64,000 bases of DNA from Lytechinus pictus (lineage: Eukaryota), in the NCBI RefSeq assembly GCF_037042905.1, contig NC_087252.1, forward strand, positions 2,232,001-2,296,000. The letters are read 5' to 3'. The notes beneath the pieces are model-generated. The model ran no database searches. It had not been told where the DNA came from and saw nothing but the letters and a program-made list of their open reading frames with translations. This document shows, piece after piece, positions 33,401 through 41,640 of the stretch (positions are counted from its first letter, which is position 1; every line of letters begins with the position of its first letter). The position numbers were made by a program, and so were the translations under genes.

Positions 33401-34830
33401 CAAAGGCCATTCATTAGAAAATTAAAAAAATACAATCCCATTAGATCGTAATTAATCTGACTTAATGTCTAGATAAAAGTTTACATGTACATCAACGAAG
33501 ATAGGGATATTTTGTAATCAAAGATTACAAAGAAGCATTTTCTTCACGCTATGTTCTAAAGAAGTCATGTTGACCCCTACCATATTTTATGGCCCCATAT
33601 TTATAAACACTGCTCGATTGAGGGCGTTGCAGACTAAACTGTCCGTCCCGCGCATGACAGTTTTTTTATTATGTTAAACAATAGGGTGCTACCTTTTTAT
33701 TCATCTAAATATAGATTACGAAATGAGTATTAGTGAGCTTGCTAGAATTGCCTCTGAACTGAACAAGCGTGACCAAACAATGTTCAAACCTCTTATTGAT
33801 CAACTGGATTTGAGACCTGGTGAACTTCCGGAATATCAGGGAGTACAATTTGAGACATACTGTTCGGAGGTGCTAAGGACTTGGAAGGAAAAGATCAGAC
33901 CTGTTCCGTATCACTACCGAAGGCACATCGTTGATGGTCTCCAAGCAGTTGGATATTCTAATCTTGCTGATGATGTTCTGAAAGGTAGGCCTTCCCAATT
34001 TATTCAGGACATTTAGAGGCTTTCTATCAGGGAGGGGCATTACTCAAATTTCTTGCAACAAAATTTCAAATTCAAACACAAAATCGCTACTCATCTGTAG
34101 TTAGCCTGATTTCAATTGGAACTTGACTTTGTTGCAACGCCCCGCACTTGAAGTATAGCAACGCCCAATTAGTCTGTAAAGTATGGATTCTATAAACTTA
34201 ATTCCTAGATTTCGATTTGTTGTACCTACCTTTACATGTATCTCCCCGTTTGTTTATGTGATGATTGTCAATTGATCGATCATTAAGCTATTTCCATCTG
34301 CATGCACCAAACGTGCCCAGTACAGGTTGACGTAGTTGAATATTCAACCTTGTAATTTGTGAAGGATGTGAGATTTTCATAACACATACCGTATATCAAC
34401 TTTTCCTTCAATATGATTCCTTCCTTATCCTTCGTGAATAGTGATACTGGAAAGATAGCTTTCCAGTTTGTTTTGGCCATTTATTTCACCAATGTTAATA
34501 GTTTGCTTTAAATCATTGTTTCATACTTTCAAAGGCCTTCATCGACATGAATCTCCCGACGAAGATGTCATTGAAGATATCTGCAGTAGACTCGATGACA
34601 CTCAGATACTGAATCTTGTTCGAATCCTGAAACTTACGCCTGATCATGATGAACAAGATCGGAAAAAATCAACCAAATTGATTGTCAGCTGGGCTGATAA
34701 GTGGATGAGAAAGTATGATTCCTCGGCTATATCATTTAAAGAGAGAAGATCAGTAAATGATGAGCTTGTTAAAGAGGGGTTTTACGAGTTAGCCCATGAA
34801 ATAATGATACTAGAATATTCGAAGTTCTAA
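4699..34830 (+). CDS. Gene copy A (18 exons, ~1500 aa): Ig V + C1-like ectodomain, single TM, ~12 tandem cytoplasmic death-fold-like domains
   Basis: Manual splice model with AG/GT boundaries: 4699-4765, 5589-5936, 6621-7034, 9471-9563, 10646-10699, 11719-11961, 12183-12674, 13497-13742, 14464-14739, 15954-16202, 16802-17083, 28146-28415, 29835-30071, 30512-30643, 30900-31133, 32760-33059, 33715-33984, 34535-34830. Total 4503 nt, open throughout. Every internal exon length is divisible by 3 and all introns are phase 1. Exons 1-11 are conserved in copy B. Confidence 0.8.
5589..5936 (+). CDS. Copy A exon 2, V-set Ig domain
   Basis: G-D-S-A-V-L-T-C, YWKK, SLVIKEV, EQGRYICRV motifs; acceptor tcatttAG, donor T|GTAAGT. 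Confidence 0.9.
6621..7034 (+). CDS. Copy A exon 3, C1-like Ig domain plus S/T-rich stalk
   Basis: ITCSVFGFYP (CxxxGFYP), NEDGS, YVC motifs; ttgtAG / G|GTAAGC. Confidence 0.85.
7590..8094. mobile_element. Hairpin MITE shared by both copies (copy B 44488-48461), interrupted by different retro-insertions
   Basis: Inverted arms gagctaatctggtc...agagtgagataagggaccagtc / gactagtcctttatctcactct...gaccagattagctc. Confidence 0.65.
7627..7897 (+). mobile_element. 5'-truncated LINE 3'-end fragment (copy A only)
   Basis: Absent in copy B; terminal stem-loop cacgg...ccgtg, AATAAA, short (TATC) tail. Confidence 0.5.
8158..8960. mobile_element. Non-autonomous Tc1/mariner-type MITE with long TIRs (copy A only)
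   Basis: TA|CAGTGCGTCCCAGAAA...TTTCTGGGACGCACTG|TA; arms inverted over roughly 300 bp; absent from copy B. Confidence 0.85.
8982..9060. repeat. (GT)n microsatellite
   Basis: Directly visible. Confidence 0.9.
9471..9563 (+). CDS. Copy A exon 4, transmembrane helix and basic stop-transfer (VVPILLILAVATACMVFLW-RRSRKRQARR)
   Basis: 19 hydrophobic residues then an Arg/Lys cluster; cacAG / G|GTAAGA; conserved at 48689-48781 while the flanks diverge. Confidence 0.85.
10646..10699 (+). CDS. Copy A exon 5, 54-nt juxtamembrane micro-exon (GRRDVEESELLVQKMKVQ)
   Basis: ctgtAG / G|GTAAGT; conserved in frame at 49244-49297. Confidence 0.75.
10764..11366. mobile_element. TTAA-target MITE (Kolobok/piggyBac-like; copy A only)
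   Basis: TTAA|AGGACAAGTCCAC...GTGGACTTGACCT|TTAA, long internal palindrome; empty TTAA site in copy B near 49343. Confidence 0.85.
11719..11961 (+). CDS. Copy A exon 6, death-fold-like unit 1 (alpha type)
   Basis: VSFYELWLLA...LG...YDALCEWKE...LRDALEEVGL pattern; AG/GT boundaries. Confidence 0.75.
12183..12674 (+). CDS. Copy A exon 7, death-fold-like unit 2 (beta type) with 3x 19-aa repeat insertion
   Basis: VPEGTFEQIL...LKEWNKGP...LALERAGY; three APAK-x15 repeats; AG / G|GTGGGT. Confidence 0.75.
12379..12549 (+). repeat. Coding 57-bp tandem repeat x3
   Basis: gctcccgccaaag(c/a)a(a/g)tcagtg... units. Confidence 0.9.
13497..13742 (+). CDS. Copy A exon 8, death-fold-like unit 3 (alpha type)
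   Basis: VSYYELRSL...ELGI...YDYLCQWKD...LHDALLRAGHEEAW; ttgcAG / G|GTAAGT. Confidence 0.75.
14464..14739 (+). CDS. Copy A exon 9, death-fold-like unit 4 (beta type)
   Basis: VCESTFKKIL...MKEWNERP...LSRALEKAKC; acceptor cccttaAG (in-frame alternative at 14485), donor G|GTAAGA. Confidence 0.7.
14775..15690 (+). mobile_element. Helentron-associated (DINE/Tsp-like) non-autonomous repeat, shared with copy B (~53290-54195)
   Basis: TTTT start, short subterminal inverted motif, (GGC/GTC) microsatellite, internal tandem units rich in AGGTCA, ends ...ccacttgtt; related fragments near 4245-4330 and 40950-41200. Confidence 0.5.
15954..16202 (+). CDS. Copy A exon 10, death-fold-like unit 5 (alpha type)
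   Basis: MSYFELWSM...MG...YHLLCKWKE...LLNEGLHKEW; tcAG / G|GTAAGT. Confidence 0.75.
16453..16648. mobile_element. Small MITE-like repeat with internal CCCTAA motifs (also ~55113-55308)
   Basis: Imperfect TIRs tgacatttgtt..gacaatt / aattgtc..aacaaatgtgtca. Confidence 0.5.
16645..16694 (+). other. Perfect 20-bp GC-rich hairpin in intron 10 (copy B 55305-55354)
   Basis: gtcaccgtggggaaagggga-taggcggtag-tcccctttccccacggtgac. Confidence 0.85.
16802..17083 (+). CDS. Copy A exon 11, death-fold-like unit 6 (beta type)
   Basis: ISDETLEHIL...LELWKKGP...LSEALESAKC...TFF; tttcAG / G|GTAATT. Confidence 0.75.
17464..18035 (+). repeat. Left arm of a ~570-bp near-identical inverted repeat in intron 11
   Basis: Reverse complement of 27315-27895. 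Confidence 0.9.
18290..19118. repeat. GGCGCC-rich minisatellite (~20/41-bp units)
   Basis: Repeated aagaataatcagcgcc / taaatcggcgccgg units. Confidence 0.9.
19545..20045. repeat. Tandem units carrying ctcgcgcttcgcgctcgca motifs (interspersed repeat interior; copy B ~57880-58380)
   Basis: Motif recurs 4x at about 19566, 19777, 19889 and 20011. Confidence 0.6.
21488..25195 (-). CDS. LINE ORF2: APE endonuclease, reverse transcriptase, RNase H, C-terminal CCHC
   Basis: IQETW, GDFNSH, SDH; YRPISL, PQGS, YADD; YTDGSK, WIPSHC..GNE; CEVC..HYVLFC. The frame is open up to 25246 and includes IVQWNAQG. Confidence 0.95.
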   Translation of the reverse strand: MVSHGSDFLTSLFDNDLLGSNPDIICIQETWFNDFNVSFIPNYFCVCRNRQDGRRGGLAMYFKKDIAFQVMKVQELIEYQRVDIFSKKCIISIINYYNPCKKIELEELNFMIRNVPGKLIILGDFNSHNPLWGSSKLDSNGRTVESFMEVNDLALLNDGSPTRLDPHFGSYSMLDLSIVSKELACSMEWQVLTNNFGSDHNAIVIKLIQTNNVNIKENATIGFRWSFRNVNWEEYRKAITNELLNLNYKRHYSACNLDIQGRYDMIVKVILNASKRCIRRVRIGGENRGKITPWWNEACQKAVAERNHIKNRLRRYYDKNDVQLYLKKKAFAQKVQRRARYDYWSKYCGKMNKFTDIGKVWKQVKGMRDSAMNTHIFHNLIVDGNIISESKDKANAVARFFKSIDRSFYNNDHDDGENEDNLCKEMSNDDCINDDFNMNEMKNVLQDLNNSAPGKDDIHAIMLKNLPQIALDVILDMYNDIWKTSHFPCQWYEVVQIPILKPGKDPSLVSSYRPISLLSTLFKVMEKMIKNRLNWFLDNKKKLNPLQSGFRKYRSVKDHLVRIETDVHLALKEKKYTVAVFLDLEKAYDSLWKGGLLKKLSMLDISGKLFFFIRAFLRNRYCNVKVNNSMSDKYVLEHGIPQGSSLSPVIFTLMLNDLNIKESGVKLSCYADDIAIWFTSSNLDLVRQKLQEALHEIEIWCWRWKLNISHTKSVVLVFTNNQKKDITLKINGHVLPHCEQFKFLGMWLDSKLTWSSHINAIIDKCKKRLNLLRCVSGTSWGNRYDILMMIYKGLILSVLDYGSEMYDSACTSHKKKLDSIQYRALKIITGTIYNVSLESLQVLTGELPLYLRRKLFNDKFRYYLLFSTLCHPSREIFIEHTNRHEWKEGERPFKLRACSDEVLVEKQDNLLTRIPEWRLSRPPVSFCAHRIIRKKDMLTAEMKAIVLERIGIVWNGYLHIYTDGSKQENFRTGAAFYVPQYKIKKYFRLSNVSIMRAELLAILMALEWLESFDKPCSVVIFCDSLSALNVIDSYFIKCTIVNEILFKIHKLSMNDICINFEWIPSHCDVNGNEIVDKAAKKGAAKNFVDIVLPNTINELTCSRMTFYKSIWQADWNASRNGRFLYAIHDNVFKQAYRKGFSRKEECLLHQITVGKCKLNYYMFQIKQHSSGLCEVCKEFETIEHYVLFCLKYVKERCIMFNKLKMNDPNLKQLLINPDYTRELLCFIYATNRFYS
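25243..26658 (-). CDS. LINE ORF1 gag-like protein with three CCHC zinc knuckles
   Basis: CHKCQLFGHMKENC, CVRCGGEHDFEEC, CFRCGDKHSAAYQGC. Confidence 0.93.
   Translation of the reverse strand: MANNLSISSGEEDYLAAASNRFRQAPDELVVSSDDHTVHGEDSYDESNCSWKTAINRNSIRSAKKRARVRSNSDSTLNTKHSKMPKFSTPTHSSRRVVIVGLENKNICRANPVQVFKEIHNLVGNLNGKEKVKNMMILKCENDIQVMKLLELTKLAGVDVKATRYEDNHDFTTKGVIHRIDTQISNEEIAEVLKDQKVIHAKRFMKKIDGEIVPTPSVLITFKGKDKPETVNFLYELKRVDNFSPPVPRCHKCQLFGHMKENCKGKLRCVRCGGEHDFEECPQKENRKCFRCGDKHSAAYQGCKIYIEAKQIQKVKLKENITYAQATRVYRTQKNEIVEEESKTIRTSDTKENTQRKLKNVGPISNSMASDHESIQQSKIPRPIRVQRNNEGRRERDKESGQGTESNNQKKDTVNTLMSVAPLDFIMFILFVIRKLPQSENDDQFLEYVVHASRNFLKTDIPLEMVKCHLK
27315..27895 (-). repeat. Right arm of the ~570-bp inverted repeat in intron 11
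   Basis: Reverse complement of 17464-18035. Confidence 0.9.
28146..28415 (+). CDS. Copy A exon 12, death-fold-like unit 7
   Basis: AKSMVRDW...KLDDTLIKIGRHDM matches the death-domain helix 4-6 signature; tgtAG / G|GTAAAC. Confidence 0.75.
29835..30071 (+). CDS. Copy A exon 13, degenerate death-fold-like unit 8
   Basis: DDDLIRL...EFCRKVGI...IRQWRD; atAG / G|GTAAGG; 237 nt, phase 1-1. Confidence 0.6.
30512..30643 (+). CDS. Copy A exon 14, N-terminal half of split death-fold-like unit 9 (VTDQELDWLV)
   Basis: ttttcAG / G|GTAAGC; 132 nt, phase 1-1. Confidence 0.6.
30900..31133 (+). CDS. Copy A exon 15, acidic linker plus C-terminal half of unit 9 (WQQLRLWRR...LRSAFKYVGLE)
   Basis: In-frame acceptor gaAG at 30898-30899 (weak pyrimidine tract, so the start is uncertain); donor G|GTAATT. 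Confidence 0.55.
31579..31714. other. Assembly gap (136 N) in copy A intron 15
   Basis: Run of N. Confidence 1.
32296..32689. mobile_element. TTAA-target MITE-like element
   Basis: TTAA|AG...CT|TTAA with weak TIRs. Confidence 0.45.
32760..33059 (+). CDS. Copy A exon 16, divergent death-fold-like unit 10
   Basis: EIVQAAFHI...FCMKLTNMGYVDVARSI; caatAG / G|GTAGGT; 300 nt. Confidence 0.65.
33715..33984 (+). CDS. Copy A exon 17, death domain unit 11 (most canonical)
   Basis: MSISELARIASEL...QLDL...EVLRTWKEK...IVDGLQAVGYSNLADDV; atAG / G|GTAGGC. Confidence 0.8.
34535..34830 (+). CDS. Copy A exon 18 (terminal), death-fold-like unit 12 ending LEYSKF*
   Basis: IEDICSRL...LVRILKL...KW...ELVKEGFYELAHEI; acceptor tttcaaAG; stop TAA 34828-34830. 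Confidence 0.7.
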
Positions 34831-36539
34831 TATAGGAATCTCATGCAAGTGTATTGTTTTTATTGTTAGATATTGATTGGTTCTGTATCATCTGTAAACG
34901 ATGTAAAATCTACCTTTGATGTATGAATTTGATATGTGTTTCATTTGTTATTACTCATCAAGTGTTGGCTAGCGTTGTTCTGTTCAAAATGCAGAATGGA
35001 CGTGCACCAAGCAAACAAATATATCGATATTATTCCAAGCCATTGTACAATTGTGTGTAGACAGAAACAAATAGATTGATTCTTTGTAAACTTTTGAAAG
35101 AAATTTGATGAGTCTTATTTTTCATGAAAACAAGAATACATCAAATGATGAGTCCAGAACTTCTCTAGGTAACATTAATCTCTCCATCCATTTGAGCATG
35201 AGTAAACATTAATGATCTAATGACAGCTTTAGTACCTTAAATCATGTAAAAAGCGTTCGAAATTTAACCAAAAGAATGGTAAAACTAAGTTGCATTATTT
35301 TCACTTAGTTGTTATCCCAGTTTTAACCGCAGCCGATCCTAAAATGTGATGGGAATGAGGACGGAAAGATAAGTTGTAGCAGCAGTAGTAGTAGCTAAGT
35401 AGCGGATGTAATAACATGTGCTTTTATAAGAGAATGGTGTATATGTATAAATGTGTCATCAAAGTTGTTGTTGCCAAAAAAAAAATGTTATCGCAGCTTT
35501 CATAAAAGAATGCAAGATACTAAAGCGCATTAATCATTCGAATGTTTAGATTAAGGGTAGGCGTAATATGATTTCAATCAGTATGACTTCACCATTGTTG
35601 ATTTATTCTCACCACTCTCTTGCCTTATTTCTTTATACATATTGTGTAAAAGACGGTGAGCGATGATGACTGTGTAATGTAAGAATATGTTTTGTGCATA
35701 CAAAATATCCGTAATTTTATTTTAAAACAGGCAATTGTGTATCTCTAAAATAGTGAAAAGGCTGCTTCTTTAACTAAACGTATATTCTCCGATTAAAAAG
35801 TAGGTAAAGTGGTTAGATTAAAATTTTCTCACCATAATAATAGAGCAAGCCCATGGGATCACTTATTCTAAACAGTTTTTTTTTCAAACTGTTCGATTAT
35901 TTTCCATTGTGGTTAAACCAACTAGAATTCCAGTTTCTTCTTTACAGACATTTGGAATCTAATACGGGATTCCGTCTCAGATAATACAAATGCCTACTCT
36001 TTGAGCGATGGTTAAGGCATGGTCTAAGTCTGTGCATAAATTATGGAAGGCAAAACATGTCAAAACTTTGCTGATTGTTTCTTCTCATGACGAATGAGGA
36101 AGAAAATAAATGTGATTGCATTTTTTTTTCACAATACGTTTATGGGGCACCTTTTTGCTATACACACCAAACTGTAAGATACATACCGAAGAGTTAGACT
36201 GCGGTGTAAGATTGAACTCAGGTCAAAGGCAAAAGATGTATACCTATTTGTTGTACATTTTTGGTGTGTGTGGGGTGCGTCTGCATGGATGCATGTTATT
36301 TTTATTTCAATGAATGTCTAAATATTACGTTGTATTAACATCGTATTTTGCAAAGATTGCAGAATCGTTTTTTGCAAAATGGTTATGGGAGGATAATTCT
36401 TTATGTTTTATTTTTTTAAACAAGTGGACACCTAGTTACCAGTAATGCATTGCTGACAAAATCGATCAAAATCAAGTTGGTAATATAAGAAATTTGTATA
36501 TATGTCATTATCTTATCGGATTACTACCTGCTGTATACG

Positions 36540-37881
36540 GTAACGCTGAAAAGCCTCTCTCTGTATCTACAATTTTTTTGACTGATTTCTCGAAAGCTTT
36601 TAATTGAATTAATCATAATTTTCTCGTCAATAAATTATTAAACCTTCATGGTCAACCATGTGTAATCTCTTTGGTAATTGATTTCCTCCCTCGATAGTCG
36701 TCAGCAGGTTATAAAGTACAGAGGCCAATTATCCGATCTTAAACATAATGGTGTAGGTGTGCCACAAGGGACTAAACTTGGCCCTATTCTGTTTCTAGAT
36801 ATGAAACGATGACTGTAGAGATTCTAGTACGTCATATTTCAAATATGTAGACGATATGACGGCTAGTAGAATGTAGATTAAGATCACAAACACCACAGTT
36901 GCAAGTTCAGTTACAATGTCTTCATTCATGGACCTTGGCAAATAGTATGAAATTAACCCCACTGAAATGCTGTTCAATGTCATCTTCTTTTTCTAAGCGA
37001 CCTTTACAACCATAGGTTTCTTATATTGATGGCATCCCATTGCTTTCTGTTAATGTAGTCAAGATACTTTGTGTCATGATCCAAGCAGAACTAAAATTTA
37101 ATGCTCATGTTTAAGAAATTATCAAAAAATGTAACAAAAAACTATTCATGTTACGTAAATTTAAAAATCTACAACCTTCCTGTTTGTGATCTAGTCACCG
37201 TTTATACTGGCTACGTAAGACCCATTTTGGAGTACTGTGTACCTCTCTTTACGTCGGGTCTTACTAGCAGACAGATTAATGATTTGGAATCTATACAAAA
37301 AAGAGCTTGTCGAATTATTCTTGGATAATCAAAATACAGTTCATATGATGATGCATTGGTTGAGCTAGGATTAACAACTCTATTATCCCGAAGAGAAGAA
37401 CTTACTCAAGATTTTGCTATTTGTTTTGAAAAAAATAGCTTATGTCAGTCTTGGTTACCTCCTCAAATAAATAATAATTTTCTTCGAAATGCAAGAAAAT
37501 ATACAGAATTCAAATACAAGACAAACAGATTTAAAAACAGTGCCCTCCCTAATCTTGAACGTGTGTTTAACAAATACTACAAATCATAACTGAAATGATT
37601 TAAAAATTCTTAAACCTTTGATATATATATATATATATGCGCAGAAATTGTGAATTATTTTCAATAACCATTGACTTATTGTGCTTTTAAAAGTTTTATT
37701 ATGAATGATTTTATCAATCTATCGTACGCATTTTCCTTACTGTGCAAATGTATGTAAATAATTTTACCTGTCTGTATCTTAATATGTATTTTTAATTGAT
37801 ACCCTGTGAAGCATGTGTAATTCAGTTTTTACTGCGAATCATGTCTATTGAATAAACCATTAAATGAATGAATGAATGAAT
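36540..37881 (+). mobile_element. Decayed 5'-truncated CR1/L2-group LINE (RT pseudogene)
   Basis: Frameshifted VPQGTKLGPILF, KYVDD, YVRPILEYC, LESIQKRACRIILG; AATAAA and (GAAT)n tail. Confidence 0.85.
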
Positions 37882-39320
37882 ATACTGTATGATAAGGTTA
37901 TGGCATAATTAATTGGTGACGTGATGATTTAAATATTTTCTGAGTTGACATTAACCAAAATAATTGCATGACAATCTGCTCTAAAATAATAATATACGTC
38001 TATCAGTAATATTCATCAATTATCAATGTCTCTGTAGAGTTCAGTGTTGAAACACAATAAAGAGAAATTCATGCGGTATTATTTTGTTTCACGAAGTTGT
38101 AATTTTATCGAGTATTACCTTGTGTGAATAAGATCTTTGGGATGAAAGTACCAAATGCAAATTTGCGATGCAATATACTCTAATGAATTCTTGTAAATGG
38201 CATTATGACACGTGATTTATCGTCTGGTCTCCCTAATAGCGACTAATCGTGCATCGTCGTTATAGTTCAAGTTGACCACTTGACATTCGGCTAAAATTCA
38301 TTGAAAAGGAAGAAATATTTTGTAATACTTTGTATCAAATCGTGAATCAAATCATGATTCTTTATCAATATTGTGATCGGCACATTAAAAATAAATGTTA
38401 GCATTCATACTTGCAATTCAATTCAGAGCCATTAAAAGCAAATTGCAATACATCATCGTGAATGATGCATTGATGTCATAAAGAGAAAGCGAAGTTCCTG
38501 TGCAATGCTATATTGTGCGAAGTTTCCAAGCCAAACATAATTCGTAGTTATTTATGATTATTCGGTAATCACGCATTTTATTTGCATCAAAAATTTACTG
38601 TTATCAAAATATGATAATACAAACATTGATCTTGGTTCTGTATGATTTATAGATATTTGTGTTTGATTTCTATTACAAACACTAATGGCACGCTACCTTA
38701 TTATAATGTTATCTACGGATAGCAGTTGCCTTCCTCTAAAAACAAATATGTATTTATATTAGACGTATAGAACAGAACACCATAACCCATACCTCAATGA
38801 ACCTTAAATAGAACTCATCGGCCCTCATCAAAGTAAACTGCCAGTTCGTCTATTGCCAACCCGTCCACTCATCACACTGTCTACCATTATCAAATGCCAT
38901 TTCTTTTAAAAATGTTATCTAAGCTGTGCTAGATATTGGGTCAGATGCATACAAAGTAGCCATTGGCTAGCCAAGCAAAGGATCAGGCCTTAGCAATTGC
39001 TTTTTTTCGTATGTGTAACCATTTGTTGGTACTTACACGCCTTACTTGCCGTCAGAAAGCAATTGCTAGCGGTTCGAGCAATAGAGACGTCAAGTCGCGT
39101 TCGCACCAGCGAGCTGGTGCGAACGCGACTCACACAACAAAGGCTGGACTCGAATGCAGAGATGTAGCAGTGCAAAAACTGTTTCTCTCACATAACATCT
39201 TTTTCTTACACGTGGCGTCAAACTATTCTTTTAACGTTTTTTAATTAATGAATTTATAAAGTTTGCATTCGGTTTGCACTTCTCCAGAAGAAAAAATGTT
39301 CCTGTAGGATACTGCACACC

Positions 39321-39590
39321 CACGGGTCTTGTGGTCCAGTGGTTAGAGCATTGGACTCATAATTGCAAGGTTGTGAGTTCAAATCCCTACTCTGTCATTG
39401 TCTCTACTTTGATAAAAAGGCCCGAGAGTAATATCTGTCGTCTATAAGGACAGCCACTATGACTGATTAACCTAGACGTAAAATGTTTCCTATAGGTAAT
39501 TGGTCATATACCAGCTTGGCGTCTACCAGCAAAAATGCTGTGCTGTCGAGTTCATGCGGGAGTTACCATAAACAGAAACAGAAACAGAAA
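39321..39590 (+). mobile_element. tRNA-derived SINE (copy B only)
   Basis: A box tggtccagtgg, B box gagttcaaatcc, (ACAGAA)n tail; empty site tgcacaccttggtcag at ~1476-1491. Confidence 0.85.
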
Positions 39591-40154
39591 CCTTGGTCAG
39601 AGTTCTCTTTTATGAGCATAAACATAATCATAAAAAGGAGAACGCCATGATCAAGCAATCGCTCAAGCTGCTCTGCCGGAGCTTGAAAAAACCCAAGCAA
39701 ATACTTAAACTCACAAGCAAAATATTCGCTTTATGTACTACGCTTTTTAGAAATAGCTTGATCGTCAAGCAAGTGCTACCTACCTGTTAGCGATTACTTA
39801 AGCTTACTAGCAAAACCATTTGCTCGTTCATTTTTTTTATGCATACTGAATCAAGCAAAAGCCTAGCAAAAGCTTCAAAGCAAAAGCAACTGCTAATTTT
39901 CATGCATCTGAACCAAAGAGTACATTAGCCTACATGTATATTGTTTTCTTCCTAGTAAGTGCATATTAAATGCCAAATATAAAATGTAAGTTTGACACGT
40001 CTAAGAAAAAAGATGATATATGAAAGAAACGGTAGGTCTAATCTGCACTGTACACGTTGCTTTCGAGTCCTGCCTTTTCTGTGAGTCGTGTTCGCACCAG
40101 CTCGCTGCAGCGCGACGTCGCTATTGTTCAAACCGCTAGCAACTGCTTTCTGAC

Positions 40155-40463
40155 GTGCACGTCGTGATCTAGTGGTTCTGACTCTCGCCTTTCAAACAGA
40201 GGGTCGTGGGTTCGAATCCTAGCCATGGCATGTTTCCTTCAGCAAACAAATTATCTACACTGTGCTGCACTCGACCCAGGTGAGGTAAATGGGTACCGGC
40301 AGGAAGTAATTCCTCAAAAAACTGTGCACACCAGAATCGGTAGAATAGCTGAGCCGGGGTAATATAGGAGCGCCTTGAGCACCTAGCAAGGTGGATACGT
40401 GCGCTCTACGAATCCTACATTAGTATAATAATAATAATAATAATATCATTATTATTATTATTA
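40155..40463 (+). mobile_element. tRNA-derived SINE with conserved core and (TAA)n tail
   Basis: A box tgatctagtgg, B box ggttcgaatcc, core cactcgacccaggtg..aaatgggtacc. Confidence 0.8.
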
Positions 40464-41573
40464 CTCTGAATTCAAGAAAAGGATTCAAACACTAGCAAAA
40501 GTTTATGCATATGAAATAAAGCAACTTATGAGGCATGATCTTTTACTTGGCTTGCTTGTGCTTGAAGCGATTGCTTGCAGCAATTGCTACTTTTTATGCA
40601 TCTGACCTATTCTCTTTTAACCACATAAGCAAGACAATGTAAATTTACAAAACATCATTTTAGGAGCTTCTGTGTAAGACTGTTATACATGTATTTCGAA
40701 CATGCAATCTGATATCAATAAAATATGAGCACAGTAATCATAAATGTTTATCACCTGGGCCATGGTGGGTATCAAGTTCAAGTGTCTAGATATTTGAGTC
40801 ACAAAAATAACGATGATAAGAACGATTGGAGATTTGAAGTTCACCCCTCTCTAATTAGTTTATTTACCACGTTCACGAAGACGAATTCGACATTATATTA
40901 ACGACTGACGTCTAACGAATGAAGAACTAGCTTCAACAGCTTCAATAGTTTTTGTCTCTCCCTTTTAGCAAAACAAGACTATAGGCGCCGCTTTTTGGTG
41001 GAGGCGGCGCCGTCAACATTGAAATCTTAACCAAGCGGTAGTCTTTGAAATATCATATCTTTGAAAGTATATATACCTAGTTCATGAAGCTTGGACATAA
41101 GGGTAATCAAATATTACTGAACATCCTTCCTGAGTTTCAGGTTACATGATCAAATTCAAAGGTTATTATTTTAAGGTAAGCGAACTTTTAGCATGTTAGG
41201 GGTATTTATTGAATGGCCATCATAAATTTAAATAAAGTAGTGCGATGGAATGTACTTATGATTAGTGCTCTCGAATTATAAGCAGAGCCTTGCCCGGTGG
41301 TCCTGCACTAACAAGAGATCTAAAAGCAAAAATTTTACATGTTGTACGTACTTTGAGTAAATGAGACAATGATGCATATTATGTGTAATGGCTATGTACC
41401 TGTTTTTATTTCAGCTTTTCTGTCGTTTTATTAACAATTGCAAACGCAACCTTTAATCGTGACGTGATTGAATAAATAGAAAATCATACATACATAATCC
41501 AAACTTTATGTTAATAAGATAGAAATGAGCTCGACAGAGGATGGCTGAGTACAAGACAAGTAAAGCTATACAA

Positions 41574-41640
41574 ATGGCGGTCAAACGAACACACCTCTCT
41601 TTGTGGATCGTATCTGCTTTTGTTTTCTACTTCTTTTCAG
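41574..41640 (+). CDS. Copy B exon 1, signal peptide
   Basis: MAVKRTHLSLWIVSAFVFYFFS, donor G|GTATGT. Confidence 0.8.

Larger units (their letters stand above)
38938..40608. mobile_element. TIR element (ggtcagatgcata...tatgcatctgacc) with nested SINEs; left part also at ~1173-1775
   Basis: Inverted termini and internal inverted segments. Confidence 0.55.

Noticed and set aside
11719-34830. NLR (NACHT-LRR) or TIR-type receptor
   Set aside because: No Walker A/NACHT, LRR or TIR motifs and no long NACHT-sized exon were seen. A domain hidden in the gap at 31579-31714 cannot be fully excluded if the true gap is larger.
34819-34830. Peroxisomal PTS1-like SKF*
   Set aside because: The protein has a signal peptide and TM helix, so matrix import is implausible.
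39324-39396. tRNA-Met-like gene
   Set aside because: It continues into a ~200-bp non-tRNA body with a simple-repeat tail, has poor acceptor-stem pairing and is absent from the paralogous site, so it is a SINE head.
40157-40230. tRNA-Glu-like gene
   Set aside because: It is followed by a SINE core and (TAA)n tail, with imperfect stems.
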